Shown here one piece after another: positions 9,928 to 19,721 of a DNA stretch of 64,000 bases. The stretch is from Gemmatimonadota bacterium (GTDB taxonomy: Bacteria; Gemmatimonadota; Gemmatimonadetes; Palauibacterales; KS3-K002). The translations under genes and the position numbers were made by a program. The first letter of the stretch is position 1. Each line of letters opens with the position of its first letter. The notes beneath the pieces were generated by a model. The model was not told the origin of the DNA. It did no database searches and saw only the letters and a program-made list of their open reading frames with translations. The DNA lies in contig JBFJOD010000001.1 of the NCBI GenBank assembly GCA_041617795.1, forward strand, positions 21,436 through 85,435. Direction: 5' to 3'.

Positions 9928-10782
9928 TCACCTGCTGAAGTCCGCAACCGTGTCGCTCCAAAGATCGCCAACCTCCCCCCGTCCCACCATCACCATCACT
10001 TCTCGCGCCTCGTCAGGATAAGCGGTGGGCTGAACGGCGTAGCTCCGCGCCCAACCGGCTTCCTCGCCCAATTGCTCACTCACGCGACCGATCGGGATCC
10101 CCCGCGGAAATACGCCACCCTGACCTGAGGTCAGCAGTTCGGTACCCGCCGCCAGCTGCACCTGGTACGGCACTCCCTCCAACAGCATCCGCGCCGCCGG
10201 TCTGCCCAGAGAGCGAACGATTCCGAACACGCGGCCATCGGCCGTCATCGCACTTACGCGAAAATCGGGGTGAGTCCAGAAGTCGCCGACCGATTGGCGC
10301 GACGCGACAACCCGCACAACACCGATCAGTCCGCGTGGCGCCACGACTACTGCGTCGCGGGCCACACCCTGGTTGGCACCCAAATCGAGAACGAACGAGC
10401 GTTTCACGCCTTCACCCGCCCGTCCGACCGGGTACAGATTGGCCGGCTTGAAGGTCAGAGTGCCGCGCGCCGCCAGCTCGATAAGATCACGAAGTCGTTG
10501 GTTCTCCTCGACTACACCGGTGAGCGACAGCAGCCGAGCCGCAAGTGAATCGCGTTGCGCTCTAAGCGCCTGAATGCTCGTACGGCTGGATCGTAACTCC
10601 GCCAGGCCGCTGTGCAATCCCAGAACCGGCTGCAGAATGGTGGAACGGAGGGACGAGGAGATCGCCAGTTGTCGGGCTCGAGGCAACGAAGCGAGAACAA
10701 CCGCGACAACGAGGAAGCAAAGCGGTATCAGGGGGTCGCGGCGGGCGAGCCGTTTCAACCCGGACTCCGGGTGAGCACTCAA
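9928..10782 (-). CDS. mreC: Rod shape-determining protein MreC
   Basis: 284 aa; N-terminal TM and coiled-coil, C-terminal beta domain; lies between mreB and mreD. Confidence 0.75.
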   Translation of the reverse strand: MSAHPESGLKRLARRDPLIPLCFLVVAVVLASLPRARQLAISSSLRSTILQPVLGLHSGLAELRSSRTSIQALRAQRDSLAARLLSLTGVVEENQRLRDLIELAARGTLTFKPANLYPVGRAGEGVKRSFVLDLGANQGVARDAVVVAPRGLIGVVRVVASRQSVGDFWTHPDFRVSAMTADGRVFGIVRSLGRPAARMLLEGVPYQVQLAAGTELLTSGQGGVFPRGIPIGRVSEQLGEEAGWARSYAVQPTAYPDEAREVMVMVGRGEVGDLWSDTVADFSR

Positions 10783-10787
10783 GCGAC

Positions 10788-11825
10788 TCAGCTGGAAAGC
10801 ACCCCTCGATATCGGGGTAAGTCATCGAGGATACGTCCGGCACCGCGCACGACGCAGGTCAGCGGCTCTTCATCGACATGTATAGGAAGATTGGTTTCCT
10901 CTTGCAGCAAGTGATCCAGACCTCGAATCAGGGAGCCGCCACCAGTCATGACGATTCCGCGGTCCACGATGTCGCTTGCTAGTTCGGGAGGTGTAATTTC
11001 GAGCGCGCGCCGGACAGCCTCTACGATCTGTTGAATCGGTTCTTGGATATGCTCGCGCACCTCTTCCGAGTGGATCCGCACGGTCTTCGGGATCCCAGAA
11101 ACCAGATCTCGTCCCTTAACGTCCATCTCACGCTCATCACCCACCGCGCTGGCTGAGCCAATCTGGATCTTGATCATCTCGGCGGTCGGCTCGCCGATCA
11201 GCAGGTTGTAGTTCTTTCGCAGGAACGTCACAATCGCTGCGTCGATCTCATCGCCTCCGACGCGAATCGACGTGTTGGAGACAATCCCGCTCAGAGCGAT
11301 TACCGCGATCTCTGTTGTCCCACCCCCGATATCGATCACCATGTTTCCGGTCGGCGTCTCCACCGGAAGACCGACTCCGATCGCCGCCGCCATCGGCTCT
11401 GCTACCATGAAGACCTGCTTTGCCCCGGCCGCCTGCGCTCCGGCCCGCACCGCCCGTCGCTCGAGCTCAGTGATCCCGGATGGCACCCCGATGACTACAC
11501 GCGGCTTCAACCGGAAGACCCGCTTTGCCGTAACGGTTTTCAGAAAATGCCGGAGCATCAACTCGCTGACGTCGACATCTGCGATCACTCCGTCCTTCAA
11601 GGGGCGGACCGCCTCGATTCCGCCGGGTGTCCTTCCGAGCATCCCCTTGGCCTGCAAGCCGACGCCCAAGACCTTGCCATTCGATTTCTCGACTGCGACG
11701 ACCGACGGCTCGTTCAGAACGATGCCCTCGCCCTTGACGTAGATCAGGGTGTTGGCCGTGCCGAGGTCGACGGCGATATCGTTGACTGGCAGGAGCCTAC
11801 CTGAGTTCAGCCAGCCGAAGCGCAT
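10788..11825 (-). CDS. mreB: Rod shape-determining actin homolog MreB
   Basis: ORF 10788..11969 trimmed to MRFGWLNSG...DLGTANTLIYVKGEGIVLNEPSVVA (canonical MreB N-terminus); about 345 aa. Confidence 0.9.
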   Translation of the reverse strand: MRFGWLNSGRLLPVNDIAVDLGTANTLIYVKGEGIVLNEPSVVAVEKSNGKVLGVGLQAKGMLGRTPGGIEAVRPLKDGVIADVDVSELMLRHFLKTVTAKRVFRLKPRVVIGVPSGITELERRAVRAGAQAAGAKQVFMVAEPMAAAIGVGLPVETPTGNMVIDIGGGTTEIAVIALSGIVSNTSIRVGGDEIDAAIVTFLRKNYNLLIGEPTAEMIKIQIGSASAVGDEREMDVKGRDLVSGIPKTVRIHSEEVREHIQEPIQQIVEAVRRALEITPPELASDIVDRGIVMTGGGSLIRGLDHLLQEETNLPIHVDEEPLTCVVRGAGRILDDLPRYRGVLSS

Positions 11826-12002
11826 AGAAACCAGCTTCTTCTCCCTTTGAATAGGGGGGTAAGGGTTCACCGCCCCGGGCTCCTTTAGATTCCGGCGCCG
11901 GGCCCACAGGGCGTCCCGGCGCTGAATTCTAGACAGACTCCGCCCGCGCGCGCAATCGGCCCCCCACACGCCGCCGTCAACACCGACCTGCGACTCAGCG
12001 GC

Positions 12003-13124
12003 CTAAGCCTTACCCAGCACTTCCTCGACTGGTGTGTAGTCAAACCCAAAGGCCTCGGCCACCCCCACACAAGTCACTTTCTTACCGACCATGTTCACGC
12101 CCAGTGCCAGGTTTCGGTCATTTCGACACGCCTTTTCCCAGCCCAGTTCGGACAACTTCAGGGTATACGGGAATGTGGCGTTGGTGAGCGCCAGTGTAGA
12201 TGTACGCGGCACCGCCCCGGGCATGTTCGCTACGCAGTAGTGCATCACGCCGTCGACGACGTACGTGGGATCCTCATGTGTTGTAGGACGCGCAGTCTCA
12301 ATGCAACCGCCCTGATCCACGGCCACGTCTACGATCACCGATCCATCTTTCATCTGCTTCAGGTCCTCGCGCAGAACCAGGTGGGGAGCCTTTGCACCTG
12401 GAAGCAGTACGGCGCCGACCAACAAGTCGGCCCGGGCGATGGCCTCGATGATGTTGGCACGATTGGAGTAAACGAGATCAACGTTCGCCGGCATTACATC
12501 TTCCAGATAGCGGAGCCTCTCCAAGTTCACATCCAGTATGTGCACCCGTGCGCCAAGGCCCGCCGCCATCTTCGCCGCATGCGTCCCGACCACCCCACCA
12601 CCCAGAACGACCACCTCGGCTGACGGTACACCCGGAACGCCGCCCAGCAATATGCCCCGACCGCCATAGGTCTTTTCCAGGTATTTCGCGCCCTCCTGGA
12701 TCGCCATACGGCCAGCGACTTCGCTCATGGGAGTCAAGAGCGGCAACTCTCCGGTTGGCAGCTGCACCGTTTCGTAGGCGATCGCGACGGCGCCGCTTTT
12801 CAGCAATGCTCGGGTTAACTCTTCGGATGCCGCAAAATGGAAGTAGGTGAAGAGCACATGATTCGGCTTGATGCGTGGGTATTCCTCTGCGATTGGCTCC
12901 TTAACTTTGACAATCAGCTCGGCCTCCGCCCACAGTGCGTTTGCATCCGCAATAATCCTCGCCCCCGCCTCCTTGTAGTCGCCGTCATCGAATCCACTCC
13001 CGATGCCAGCCCCTTTTTGCACCAACACCTTGTGACCGTTTCGCACCAGCTGGTCCGCGCCAGCCGGAACCATGGCCACTCGGTTCTCAGCTGTTTTGAT
13101 TTCTTTCGGTACCCCCACAATCAT
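12003..13124 (-). CDS. ald: Alanine dehydrogenase
   Basis: 373 aa; MIVGVPKEIKTAENRVAMVPAG...; NAD-binding VVLGGGVVGTHAA. Confidence 0.9.
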   Translation of the reverse strand: MIVGVPKEIKTAENRVAMVPAGADQLVRNGHKVLVQKGAGIGSGFDDGDYKEAGARIIADANALWAEAELIVKVKEPIAEEYPRIKPNHVLFTYFHFAASEELTRALLKSGAVAIAYETVQLPTGELPLLTPMSEVAGRMAIQEGAKYLEKTYGGRGILLGGVPGVPSAEVVVLGGGVVGTHAAKMAAGLGARVHILDVNLERLRYLEDVMPANVDLVYSNRANIIEAIARADLLVGAVLLPGAKAPHLVLREDLKQMKDGSVIVDVAVDQGGCIETARPTTHEDPTYVVDGVMHYCVANMPGAVPRTSTLALTNATFPYTLKLSELGWEKACRNDRNLALGVNMVGKKVTCVGVAEAFGFDYTPVEEVLGKA

Positions 13125-13180
13125 TGTCCTGGCCTCGCTCGCTTAGGGCGTCTTCGCTTCACGCTATTTCTCAATACAAG

Positions 13181-14464
13181 TCAGTCGCCGCCGCTGGCCC
13201 CGGCGTCGGGACCCAGTCGGATAACAGTCTGACCGTCAGGAGCATAGTACTCCTGGCACAGCTCGGCCACCTCTGCCTCGCTCACCGCGTCGATCCGACC
13301 GCAAATCTCATCGAGACTTTGATAGGGTTCCTCGAATAGCGCCACGCCTGCCAGTCGCTGCAGCCGCGCCGATGTCGACTCCAGCGAGAGTATGACCTGG
13401 CCCTTGGTTTGGTTCTTCACGTCCTGCAACTCGCCAGCCGAGAGTCCGGAATCGGCCAAGCGTCTTAGTTCCTGACGGACCTCCTCCAACGCCCGCTCCG
13501 CCTTGTCGGGCCGCGTGGCCATATAGATGCCGGCCATGCCTGCCAGAGCATAAAACGATTGGTAGGAATAGACGGTATAAGCCAGGCCGTGTTCTTCCCT
13601 GACCCGCTGGAATAGGCGACTGCTCATCCCACCGCCCAACGCCGTCGACACCAGGATCGCCGCATAGCGGCGCGGATCGCTGCGCGAAAACGTCGAGGCT
13701 CCCACACAAATATGTACTTGGGCGCTGTCTCGCGACACGCGCTCTTCGTGCGGATTCGTTTCGGGTGGATCAGGTAATCGCGGCACTGCCCCGGGCTGAC
13801 CGTCCCCCGGGATATGCCGCAACACCAGCTCGACGAAGTCAGCATGACGCAGGTTGCCGGCGGCGGCTACCACGCAGCTGTCCGGACGGTAGGCGCTATG
13901 CCAAAGATCTTGCACGTCGCTCGTCGTAATCGCCGAGACAGAGGTGGCGGTCCCGAGAACCGGGTTTCCGTAAGGGTGGGAGCCCCAGATACAGCGGGCG
14001 TGCAGGTCAAACACCAACTCTTCTGGCGCGTCTTCGACGCCCGAGATCTCCTCGAGAATAACGTTGCGTTCGGTCTCCAGGTCCTCTTCGCGCAGCAGTG
14101 GAAAGAAGATCAGATCTGCCAGCACATCAATCGCGATCGGCAGATGCTCATCCAGCACCTTGGCGTGGCAAGCCGTGTGTTCTCGCGAGGTGTAGGCATC
14201 CAGCGAGCCACCGATCCCCTCGATTTCCAGAGCGATCTGGTGCGCGCTTCTCCGCGATGTACCCTTGAAGATCATGTGCTCGAGCAGGTGTGACGCACCC
14301 ATCTTCTCGCTCGGATCGTGGCTGGCTCCCCATGGCACCCAGATTCCCGCAGCCACCGACCGCAGTCCCGGCACATGCTCGGTGAGGACCGTCGGCCCAC
14401 CCTCGAAAGCAGTCCGATAGACGTTATCGTCCAGCTGTTCCGTCGTACTCTTCCGCGCTTTCAT
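13181..14464 (-). CDS. M16-family zinc metallopeptidase (insulinase/pitrilysin-like)
   Basis: 427 aa; inverted zinc motif HLLEHMIFKGT and downstream Glu. Confidence 0.8.
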   Translation of the reverse strand: MKARKSTTEQLDDNVYRTAFEGGPTVLTEHVPGLRSVAAGIWVPWGASHDPSEKMGASHLLEHMIFKGTSRRSAHQIALEIEGIGGSLDAYTSREHTACHAKVLDEHLPIAIDVLADLIFFPLLREEDLETERNVILEEISGVEDAPEELVFDLHARCIWGSHPYGNPVLGTATSVSAITTSDVQDLWHSAYRPDSCVVAAAGNLRHADFVELVLRHIPGDGQPGAVPRLPDPPETNPHEERVSRDSAQVHICVGASTFSRSDPRRYAAILVSTALGGGMSSRLFQRVREEHGLAYTVYSYQSFYALAGMAGIYMATRPDKAERALEEVRQELRRLADSGLSAGELQDVKNQTKGQVILSLESTSARLQRLAGVALFEEPYQSLDEICGRIDAVSEAEVAELCQEYYAPDGQTVIRLGPDAGASGGD

Positions 14465-14499
14465 CGCAAGTGCGCTACGCCGCGAACATTCGACTGAAC

Positions 14500-14533
14500 A
14501 AAAAAGGCCTGTCCCGCTTCTCCGGGACAGGCC
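14500..14533 (-). terminator. Rho-independent terminator downstream of pnp
   Basis: Minus-strand RNA: GGCCUGUCCCG-GAGAAG-CGGGACAGGCC (perfect 11-bp stem) followed by UUUUUU; 25 nt after the pnp stop. Confidence 0.8.
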
Positions 14534-14557
14534 AGGTTCTCTTAGTGAGGCACCGCA

Positions 14558-16675
14558 TCATGTCGACTCGGATGTCTCCAATTCAGCCGCCATGGCAGCA
14601 CGGCGCGACAAGCGCATGCGACCCCGTTCATCAACGGAGATCAGCTTGACCCTGACCGTGTCACCCCGCTTCACGACGTCCTCCGTCTTCTCGACCCGCC
14701 CCTCCTTCAGTTCGGAGATGTGGCAGAGTCCCTCGACACCCGGGAGAATCTCGACGAACGCGCCAAACGAGGTCGTGTTCTTTACGACACCCTCGTAGAT
14801 CCGACCGATCTCGGGCTCCTGAACGATCGACTCGATGATCTCACGAGCGCGTTCGCCCGCTTCGCCACTGACCGACGATATGGTGATCACGCCGCTGTCC
14901 TCTATGTTGACCTCAGCACCGGTCTGCTCTTCTATGCCGCGGATCGTCTTGCCCTTGGGTCCGATAACTTCGCCGATCTTCTCGGGATTGACCTGCACGG
15001 TGATGATTCGCGGCGCCATCGGCGAAAGCGTCGACCGCGGCTGCCCGAGCGTGCTGTCCATGATATCGAGGATCTGGGTCCGCGCTTTGAGCGCACGATC
15101 CATCGCCTCGCGCATTAGCGGCGTCGATAGACCCTCGACCTTGATGTCCATCTGAACGGACGTGATGCCTTTTCGCGTACCGGCGACTTTGAAGTCCATA
15201 TCGCCGAGATGATCTTCGATTCCCAAAATATCCGTAAGGATCTCGACTTTCTCGCCTTCCTTGATCAACCCCATCGCGATTCCCGCACAGGCCGCTCGGA
15301 CCGGGACGCCCGCCTGCATGAGCGCCAGCGAACCACCACAGACTGTCGCCATCGATGACGACCCGTTCGATTCCAGTACGTCGCTGACTATCCTGATCGT
15401 GTAGGGGAAATCCTCATACGGCGGCAACAGCGGCTGCAATGCCCGCTCGGCCAGAGCCCCATGGCCGATTTCACGGCGCGAGGGGCCACGGAACGGTCGA
15501 ACCTCACCCACCGAGAAGGGAGGGAAGTTGTAGTGAAGCATGAAGGACTTGGACGTCTCCTGCATCACGTCAACCGTGTCAATTCGCTGCTCGTCGCGGC
15601 TAGTGCCTAACGTGACCACAGCCAACGCCTGGGTGCTGCCGCGCGTAAACAGTGCCGAGCCGTGGGTCCGCGGAAGCAAGCCGACTTCGCAGGTGATCGA
15701 ACGAATCTCGTCCGGACTCCGGCCGTCGACACGTTCGCCTTTGTCGAGTATCTGTCTGCGGAGCGTTTCGTACTCGATCTGGTCGATAACCCGTCTGACC
15801 TGCTCTTCGTAGTTGTCGATCTCCGACTCGAAGGACTCCGATGCATCAGAGACCACATCGGCACGCAGCGCAGCCAGCGCCTCGTTGCGCTCATCTTTGT
15901 TTGGAAGATTGAGGGCTTCGTCCACCCGCTGAGCGGCCAGCTCGTTGACACGCACGGCAAGTTGATCGTCCAGGGCCGGAGGCGTCCATTCCATCTTCGG
16001 CTTGGCAAGTGGTTGCACGATCTCCTGCTGTATGTCTACCAGCTCGCGAATGCCCTGATGCGCGAATTCCAAACCGTCGATGAACTCACTCTCCGAAATC
16101 TCCAGCGCTCCACCCTCGACCATGAGGATCGATTGCTTTGACCCGGCAACGATGATATCGACGTCCGAGAACTCCAGCTGTTGGAACGTCGGGTTCAGCA
16201 CCCACTCCCCGTCCAGCCTGCCCACACGCACAGCCGCGATCGGATAGGGAAACGGCACGCTCGATATGTTCAGCGCGATCGAGGCTCCCAATAGGCCGAG
16301 CACATCGGCATCGTTCTCCTGGTCGGCCGAGAGAATGTAGATGACAACCTGTAGCTCGTTCATGAAGCCCTTCGGGAATAGCGGCCGGATCGAGCGGTCG
16401 ATCTGTCGCGCCGACAGAATCTCCTTCTCGCTTGGCCGTCCCTCGCGCTTGAAGAAGCCACCAGGGATCTTTCCCGCCGCATATGATTTCTCGCGGTACT
16501 CAACCGTCAATGGGAAAAACGGGAGCTTGGTGGGCTTAGTGTCGGCAACGACAGTCGCCAGCACCACGGTTTCACCAAACTGCACCAGCACGGCTCCGTC
16601 CGCCTGCCGCGCCATCCGGCCAGACTCGAGTACTAGATTCCGGCCCGCAAACTTTCGCTCAACTAATGTCGCCAT
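14558..16675 (-). CDS. pnp: Polyribonucleotide nucleotidyltransferase (PNPase)
   Basis: 705 aa; two RNase PH domains, KH and C-terminal S1 domain (...GDTVRVKLISVDERGRMRLSRR). Confidence 0.95.
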   Translation of the reverse strand: MATLVERKFAGRNLVLESGRMARQADGAVLVQFGETVVLATVVADTKPTKLPFFPLTVEYREKSYAAGKIPGGFFKREGRPSEKEILSARQIDRSIRPLFPKGFMNELQVVIYILSADQENDADVLGLLGASIALNISSVPFPYPIAAVRVGRLDGEWVLNPTFQQLEFSDVDIIVAGSKQSILMVEGGALEISESEFIDGLEFAHQGIRELVDIQQEIVQPLAKPKMEWTPPALDDQLAVRVNELAAQRVDEALNLPNKDERNEALAALRADVVSDASESFESEIDNYEEQVRRVIDQIEYETLRRQILDKGERVDGRSPDEIRSITCEVGLLPRTHGSALFTRGSTQALAVVTLGTSRDEQRIDTVDVMQETSKSFMLHYNFPPFSVGEVRPFRGPSRREIGHGALAERALQPLLPPYEDFPYTIRIVSDVLESNGSSSMATVCGGSLALMQAGVPVRAACAGIAMGLIKEGEKVEILTDILGIEDHLGDMDFKVAGTRKGITSVQMDIKVEGLSTPLMREAMDRALKARTQILDIMDSTLGQPRSTLSPMAPRIITVQVNPEKIGEVIGPKGKTIRGIEEQTGAEVNIEDSGVITISSVSGEAGERAREIIESIVQEPEIGRIYEGVVKNTTSFGAFVEILPGVEGLCHISELKEGRVEKTEDVVKRGDTVRVKLISVDERGRMRLSRRAAMAAELETSEST

Positions 16676-16759
16676 AGTTCCGCAACTACCTTAGCCCTTT
16701 TGTAGGATAAATTGATCCAAGGTAAGACCCCGGGGGTTTCGGCCGGGGGGTCCTGAAAA

Positions 16760-17029
16760 TCACCCGCGCAGGCCCAGCTCCTCCGTGAGCTGCCTGTAGG
16801 CGTCGGGCGCCGTTCGGTTCAGGTAGCGCAGCAGGCGCCGCCGCTTACCTACCCATTTCAGCAAACCCTGACGGCTGTGGTGATCCTTGGGATGTTCACG
16901 CAGATGCTCTGTGAGATCCGCGATGCGTTTGGTCAGGAGAGCGATCTGCACGGAGGTCGAACCGCGGTCGCTCCCATGCTTCTGGAATTTAGCTATGAGC
17001 GCCTCGCGCTCTTCCTTAATCGTTGCCAT
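16760..17029 (-). CDS. rpsO: 30S ribosomal protein S15
   Basis: ORF trimmed to [16 protein letters not shown]...[21 protein letters not shown]...; 89 aa; classic rpsO-pnp synteny. Confidence 0.9.
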   Translation of the reverse strand: MATIKEEREALIAKFQKHGSDRGSTSVQIALLTKRIADLTEHLREHPKDHHSRQGLLKWVGKRRRLLRYLNRTAPDAYRQLTEELGLRG

Positions 17030-17076
17030 TGCCCGCAATCAGCCAGCCCGCTCAAAGAGCATTGTCGTTTCCAGTC

Positions 17077-17110
17077 ATTATATAGACCGGCAAAGTTACT
17101 CCAACTCCGG
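17077..17110 (-). promoter_or_regulatory. Candidate sigma-70 promoter for rpsO (perfect -10 TATAAT, weak -35 TTGGAG)
   Basis: Minus strand: ...GGAGTTGGAGtaactttgccggtcTATATAATgac..., about 45 nt upstream of the rpsO start. Confidence 0.3.
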
Positions 17111-18070
17111 GCCCATGTAAAGGTCAGCGCCACCCTGACGAAAATAGTCCTCCGCGGCCTCTCGATCGCGCCGCATCTGCTCGACAAGCTCAGCCGCGGA
17201 GGCGAAGGGGAGCACGTCCCGAAGCCGCGTTAAGAACTCAACCCTCAACTGCTCACCGTAGAGGTCGCCCTCGAAGTCAAGCAGGTGCAACTCAATCGAG
17301 GGTGGAGAACCCCGGAATGTCGGCCGCGGTCCCAGGTGCAGAAGCCCCGCACCCTGGTACGTCCGGAACGCCGCGCGCACGGCATAGATGCCCTCCCGTG
17401 GCAATAGTTTGTCCCCGTGACCCAGATTCACATTGGCGGTGGCAAATCCCAACGTCCGACCTCGACCTTCACCGTGAACCACGACACCCGTGAGCGAGTA
17501 AGGGCGCCCCAAACCCCGCGCCGCACGCTCGACTTCGCCTTCCTCCAACGCCGTTCGGATAAGACTGGATGAAATCGCGTCGTCGTTCATCAACACCGGC
17601 CCTGCGACCTCCACGGCAAAGCCCAAATCGGCGCCTATCCTGAGCATCGTCTCGACATCACCCGAGCGATCCCGGCCAAATCCATGATCGTAACCAACCA
17701 CGAGGTGACGAAGTCCGAAGCGCGCCAAGAGCACGTCCCGAACGAACTCCTCAGGGAGGTACAGTGACAGCGACCGCGTGAAGTTGAGGAAGACCGCGTA
17801 GTCGAGTCCTGCGAGCGTCAAAATCTCCTTCTTCTCGTTCGGCGTCGTCAGCAACCGTGGTGCCACCTCGGGGCGGACGATCTTCAGCGGGTGCGGGTCA
17901 AAAGTGACCAACACGCTCAACAGCCCCTCCGCACTTGCGACTGCGCAGAGCCGCTGCAGAACGGACCAGTGGCCGCGGTGGACACCGTCGAAGGTGCCAA
18001 CGGTGATGGCCGCCCCTCTCGCCTGAGGTGGCAACCCCATATCCGCGACACGGTCTGATCCTCTGATCAT
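17096..18070 (-). CDS. ribF: Bifunctional riboflavin kinase / FMN adenylyltransferase
   Basis: 324 aa; FAD-synthetase motif GTFDGVHRGH; C-terminal riboflavin kinase domain. Confidence 0.85.
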   Translation of the reverse strand: MIRGSDRVADMGLPPQARGAAITVGTFDGVHRGHWSVLQRLCAVASAEGLLSVLVTFDPHPLKIVRPEVAPRLLTTPNEKKEILTLAGLDYAVFLNFTRSLSLYLPEEFVRDVLLARFGLRHLVVGYDHGFGRDRSGDVETMLRIGADLGFAVEVAGPVLMNDDAISSSLIRTALEEGEVERAARGLGRPYSLTGVVVHGEGRGRTLGFATANVNLGHGDKLLPREGIYAVRAAFRTYQGAGLLHLGPRPTFRGSPPSIELHLLDFEGDLYGEQLRVEFLTRLRDVLPFASAAELVEQMRRDREAAEDYFRQGGADLYMGPELE

Positions 18071-18071
18071 C

Positions 18072-18965
18072 TCAGTGATCGACCGCTCGCGTCGGAAACA
18101 CCTTCTTCGGCCATAGTTGTCCGTCCCTCAGTTCACCAATACCCAGGAATGCGTGCTCTACGTGAACGGCCAGCGGCCCGGCTCCAAAAGGTTCACTGCA
18201 CGTAACCGGCCGCCCTTGCCGGAGAGCTTCGCCGGCGGTGGCGGTCACTTCAACCTGCGGCAGATGCGCCACCGCAGCCGCCGGATCACGCAGCAGCCCT
18301 ATCACCTCATCCTGCGAGGTTGATTCGGCCAGGCGGACAGCCTGATCGATGCTGAAATCACCGACGCTGATCCGGCGGAGACTGGTGAGATGACCACCCA
18401 CGCCAAGCGCCTCACCCAGGTCCCTCGCTATCGACCGGACATACGTGCCGCTGGAACACCCGATTTCGATGTCAATGTCGGGAAGTGCCACTTCTCGAAT
18501 GGTCAGGCGAGTCACCGTCACGCGTCGGGGCACCAGCTGGGGTCTCTGGCCGCGACGGGCCAAGGCGTAGGCACGTTGGCCGGCAACTTTCTTGGCTGAA
18601 TAGACCGGCGGCCGCTGCTCGAGCTCGCCGATCTGTCCCGCAGCCGCCTGAGATATTTGATGGGGCGCCAGCTGACGCCAGGCATCGCTCCGCTGTATGA
18701 CTTCGCCAGTCAGATCATCGGTGTCGGTGGTCTCGCCGAGTCTGACAACCCCTCGGTAAACCTTCGGTAAAGCGGTCAGATATTCGGCCAGCCTCGCAGC
18801 CCAGCCCACGCACAAAACCAGCAAACCGCTTGCAAATGGATCGAGCGTGCCAGCATGACCGATGCGACGGGTCTTGATCAGCCGCCGTACCGACACCGTC
18901 ACATCGTGCGATGAGGGACCCTCGGGTTTGTCTACCAGCAGCAGACCGACCGGCTCACTCGTCAT
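18072..18965 (-). CDS. truB: tRNA pseudouridine(55) synthase
   Basis: GLLLVDKPEGPSSHDV..., catalytic GHAGTLDPFASGLL; start trimmed to MTSEP... to reduce overlap with rbfA. Confidence 0.85.
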   Translation of the reverse strand: MTSEPVGLLLVDKPEGPSSHDVTVSVRRLIKTRRIGHAGTLDPFASGLLVLCVGWAARLAEYLTALPKVYRGVVRLGETTDTDDLTGEVIQRSDAWRQLAPHQISQAAAGQIGELEQRPPVYSAKKVAGQRAYALARRGQRPQLVPRRVTVTRLTIREVALPDIDIEIGCSSGTYVRSIARDLGEALGVGGHLTSLRRISVGDFSIDQAVRLAESTSQDEVIGLLRDPAAAVAHLPQVEVTATAGEALRQGRPVTCSEPFGAGPLAVHVEHAFLGIGELRDGQLWPKKVFPTRAVDH

Positions 18966-19335
18966 CGTCCCCTTCCGCTGGTTCACCCTCAGCTTCAACT
19001 TCGGACAGCAGCTGGTGAATCCGCGCAGCCCGCTCCTGGGTCCGATCGACCTGGAAATGGAGCTCTGGAGTCCGCCGGATCCTTAACTCTCGGCCCAGAC
19101 GGCCACGGATGAATCCCGCTGCACTCGCCAGTCCTCTGAGAGCCTCCGTTTTCCTGACCTCGTCGCCTGTCACCTGAACAAATACCGTGGCGTGCTTGAG
19201 GTCGGAGGTGACGTCCACATCTATCACGGTGACAAGTCCAATACGGCTATCTTTGACCTCACGCTGCAATAGCCTTGAGATCTCCTCCCGCAGCAGCTGA
19301 CTAACCCTTTGTGTTCGGGCGTATTCTTTTTTCAT
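18955..19335 (-). CDS. rbfA: Ribosome-binding factor A
   Basis: 126 aa; ...RVSQLLREEISRLL...IGLVTVIDVDVTSDLKHATVFV; acidic C-tail. Confidence 0.85.
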   Translation of the reverse strand: MKKEYARTQRVSQLLREEISRLLQREVKDSRIGLVTVIDVDVTSDLKHATVFVQVTGDEVRKTEALRGLASAAGFIRGRLGRELRIRRTPELHFQVDRTQERAARIHQLLSEVEAEGEPAEGDDDE

Positions 19336-19418
19336 TGATGGTCAAGGTGCAGCGTGGGGCGCGGCAGGCCGTGGCATGAGCGCTGAGGAAAGCCATCACT
19401 GAGACACCGGTCTGTTGC

Positions 19419-19700
19419 TTAGAATGTGTAGGTCACGCTGTCGATGATCCGCACGCGGGCATCCGAAGCTACGAGTGCGTCAGCGTGACTCAAGACTTCA
19501 TCGGCACGTCGCCGGTCCGACGATACCGTCGCTGCGCAGAGCTCCGCGCGCTGCCAGGTGTCCTGATACTTCGTCTCCGCTACCGAGACATTGTGTCGGC
19601 CGCGCAGCCGATCCTTCAGACTGCGTAGTACCGCCCTTTTCTGCTTCAGAGAGCTGCACCCAGTGATGTGCAGTTCCCAAGCAATGACGCTAACGACCAC
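19419..19700 (-). CDS. DUF503 (YlxP-like) protein between infB and rbfA
   Basis: 93 aa; ...ELHITGCSSLKQKRAVLRSLKDRL...; position conserved in many infB operons. Confidence 0.65.
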   Translation of the reverse strand: MVVSVIAWELHITGCSSLKQKRAVLRSLKDRLRGRHNVSVAETKYQDTWQRAELCAATVSSDRRRADEVLSHADALVASDARVRIIDSVTYTF

Positions 19701-19721
19701 TGCCGTTCGTGGGCTGGTGTC

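Noticed and set aside
11826-12002. GC-rich inverted repeat (GCGCCGGG...CCCGGCGC) between ald and mreB as a possible ald terminator
   Set aside because: No U-run follows on the transcribed strand and the loop is long (about 13 nt). This is insufficient for a terminator call.
16721-16759. GC-rich hairpin (GACCCC...GGGGUC) just downstream of rpsO as a possible rpsO terminator or pnp leader processing site
   Set aside because: It has only a 6-bp stem with a ~15-nt loop and no U-run, too weak to call. It may still be an RNase III-type leader element but cannot be supported by eye.
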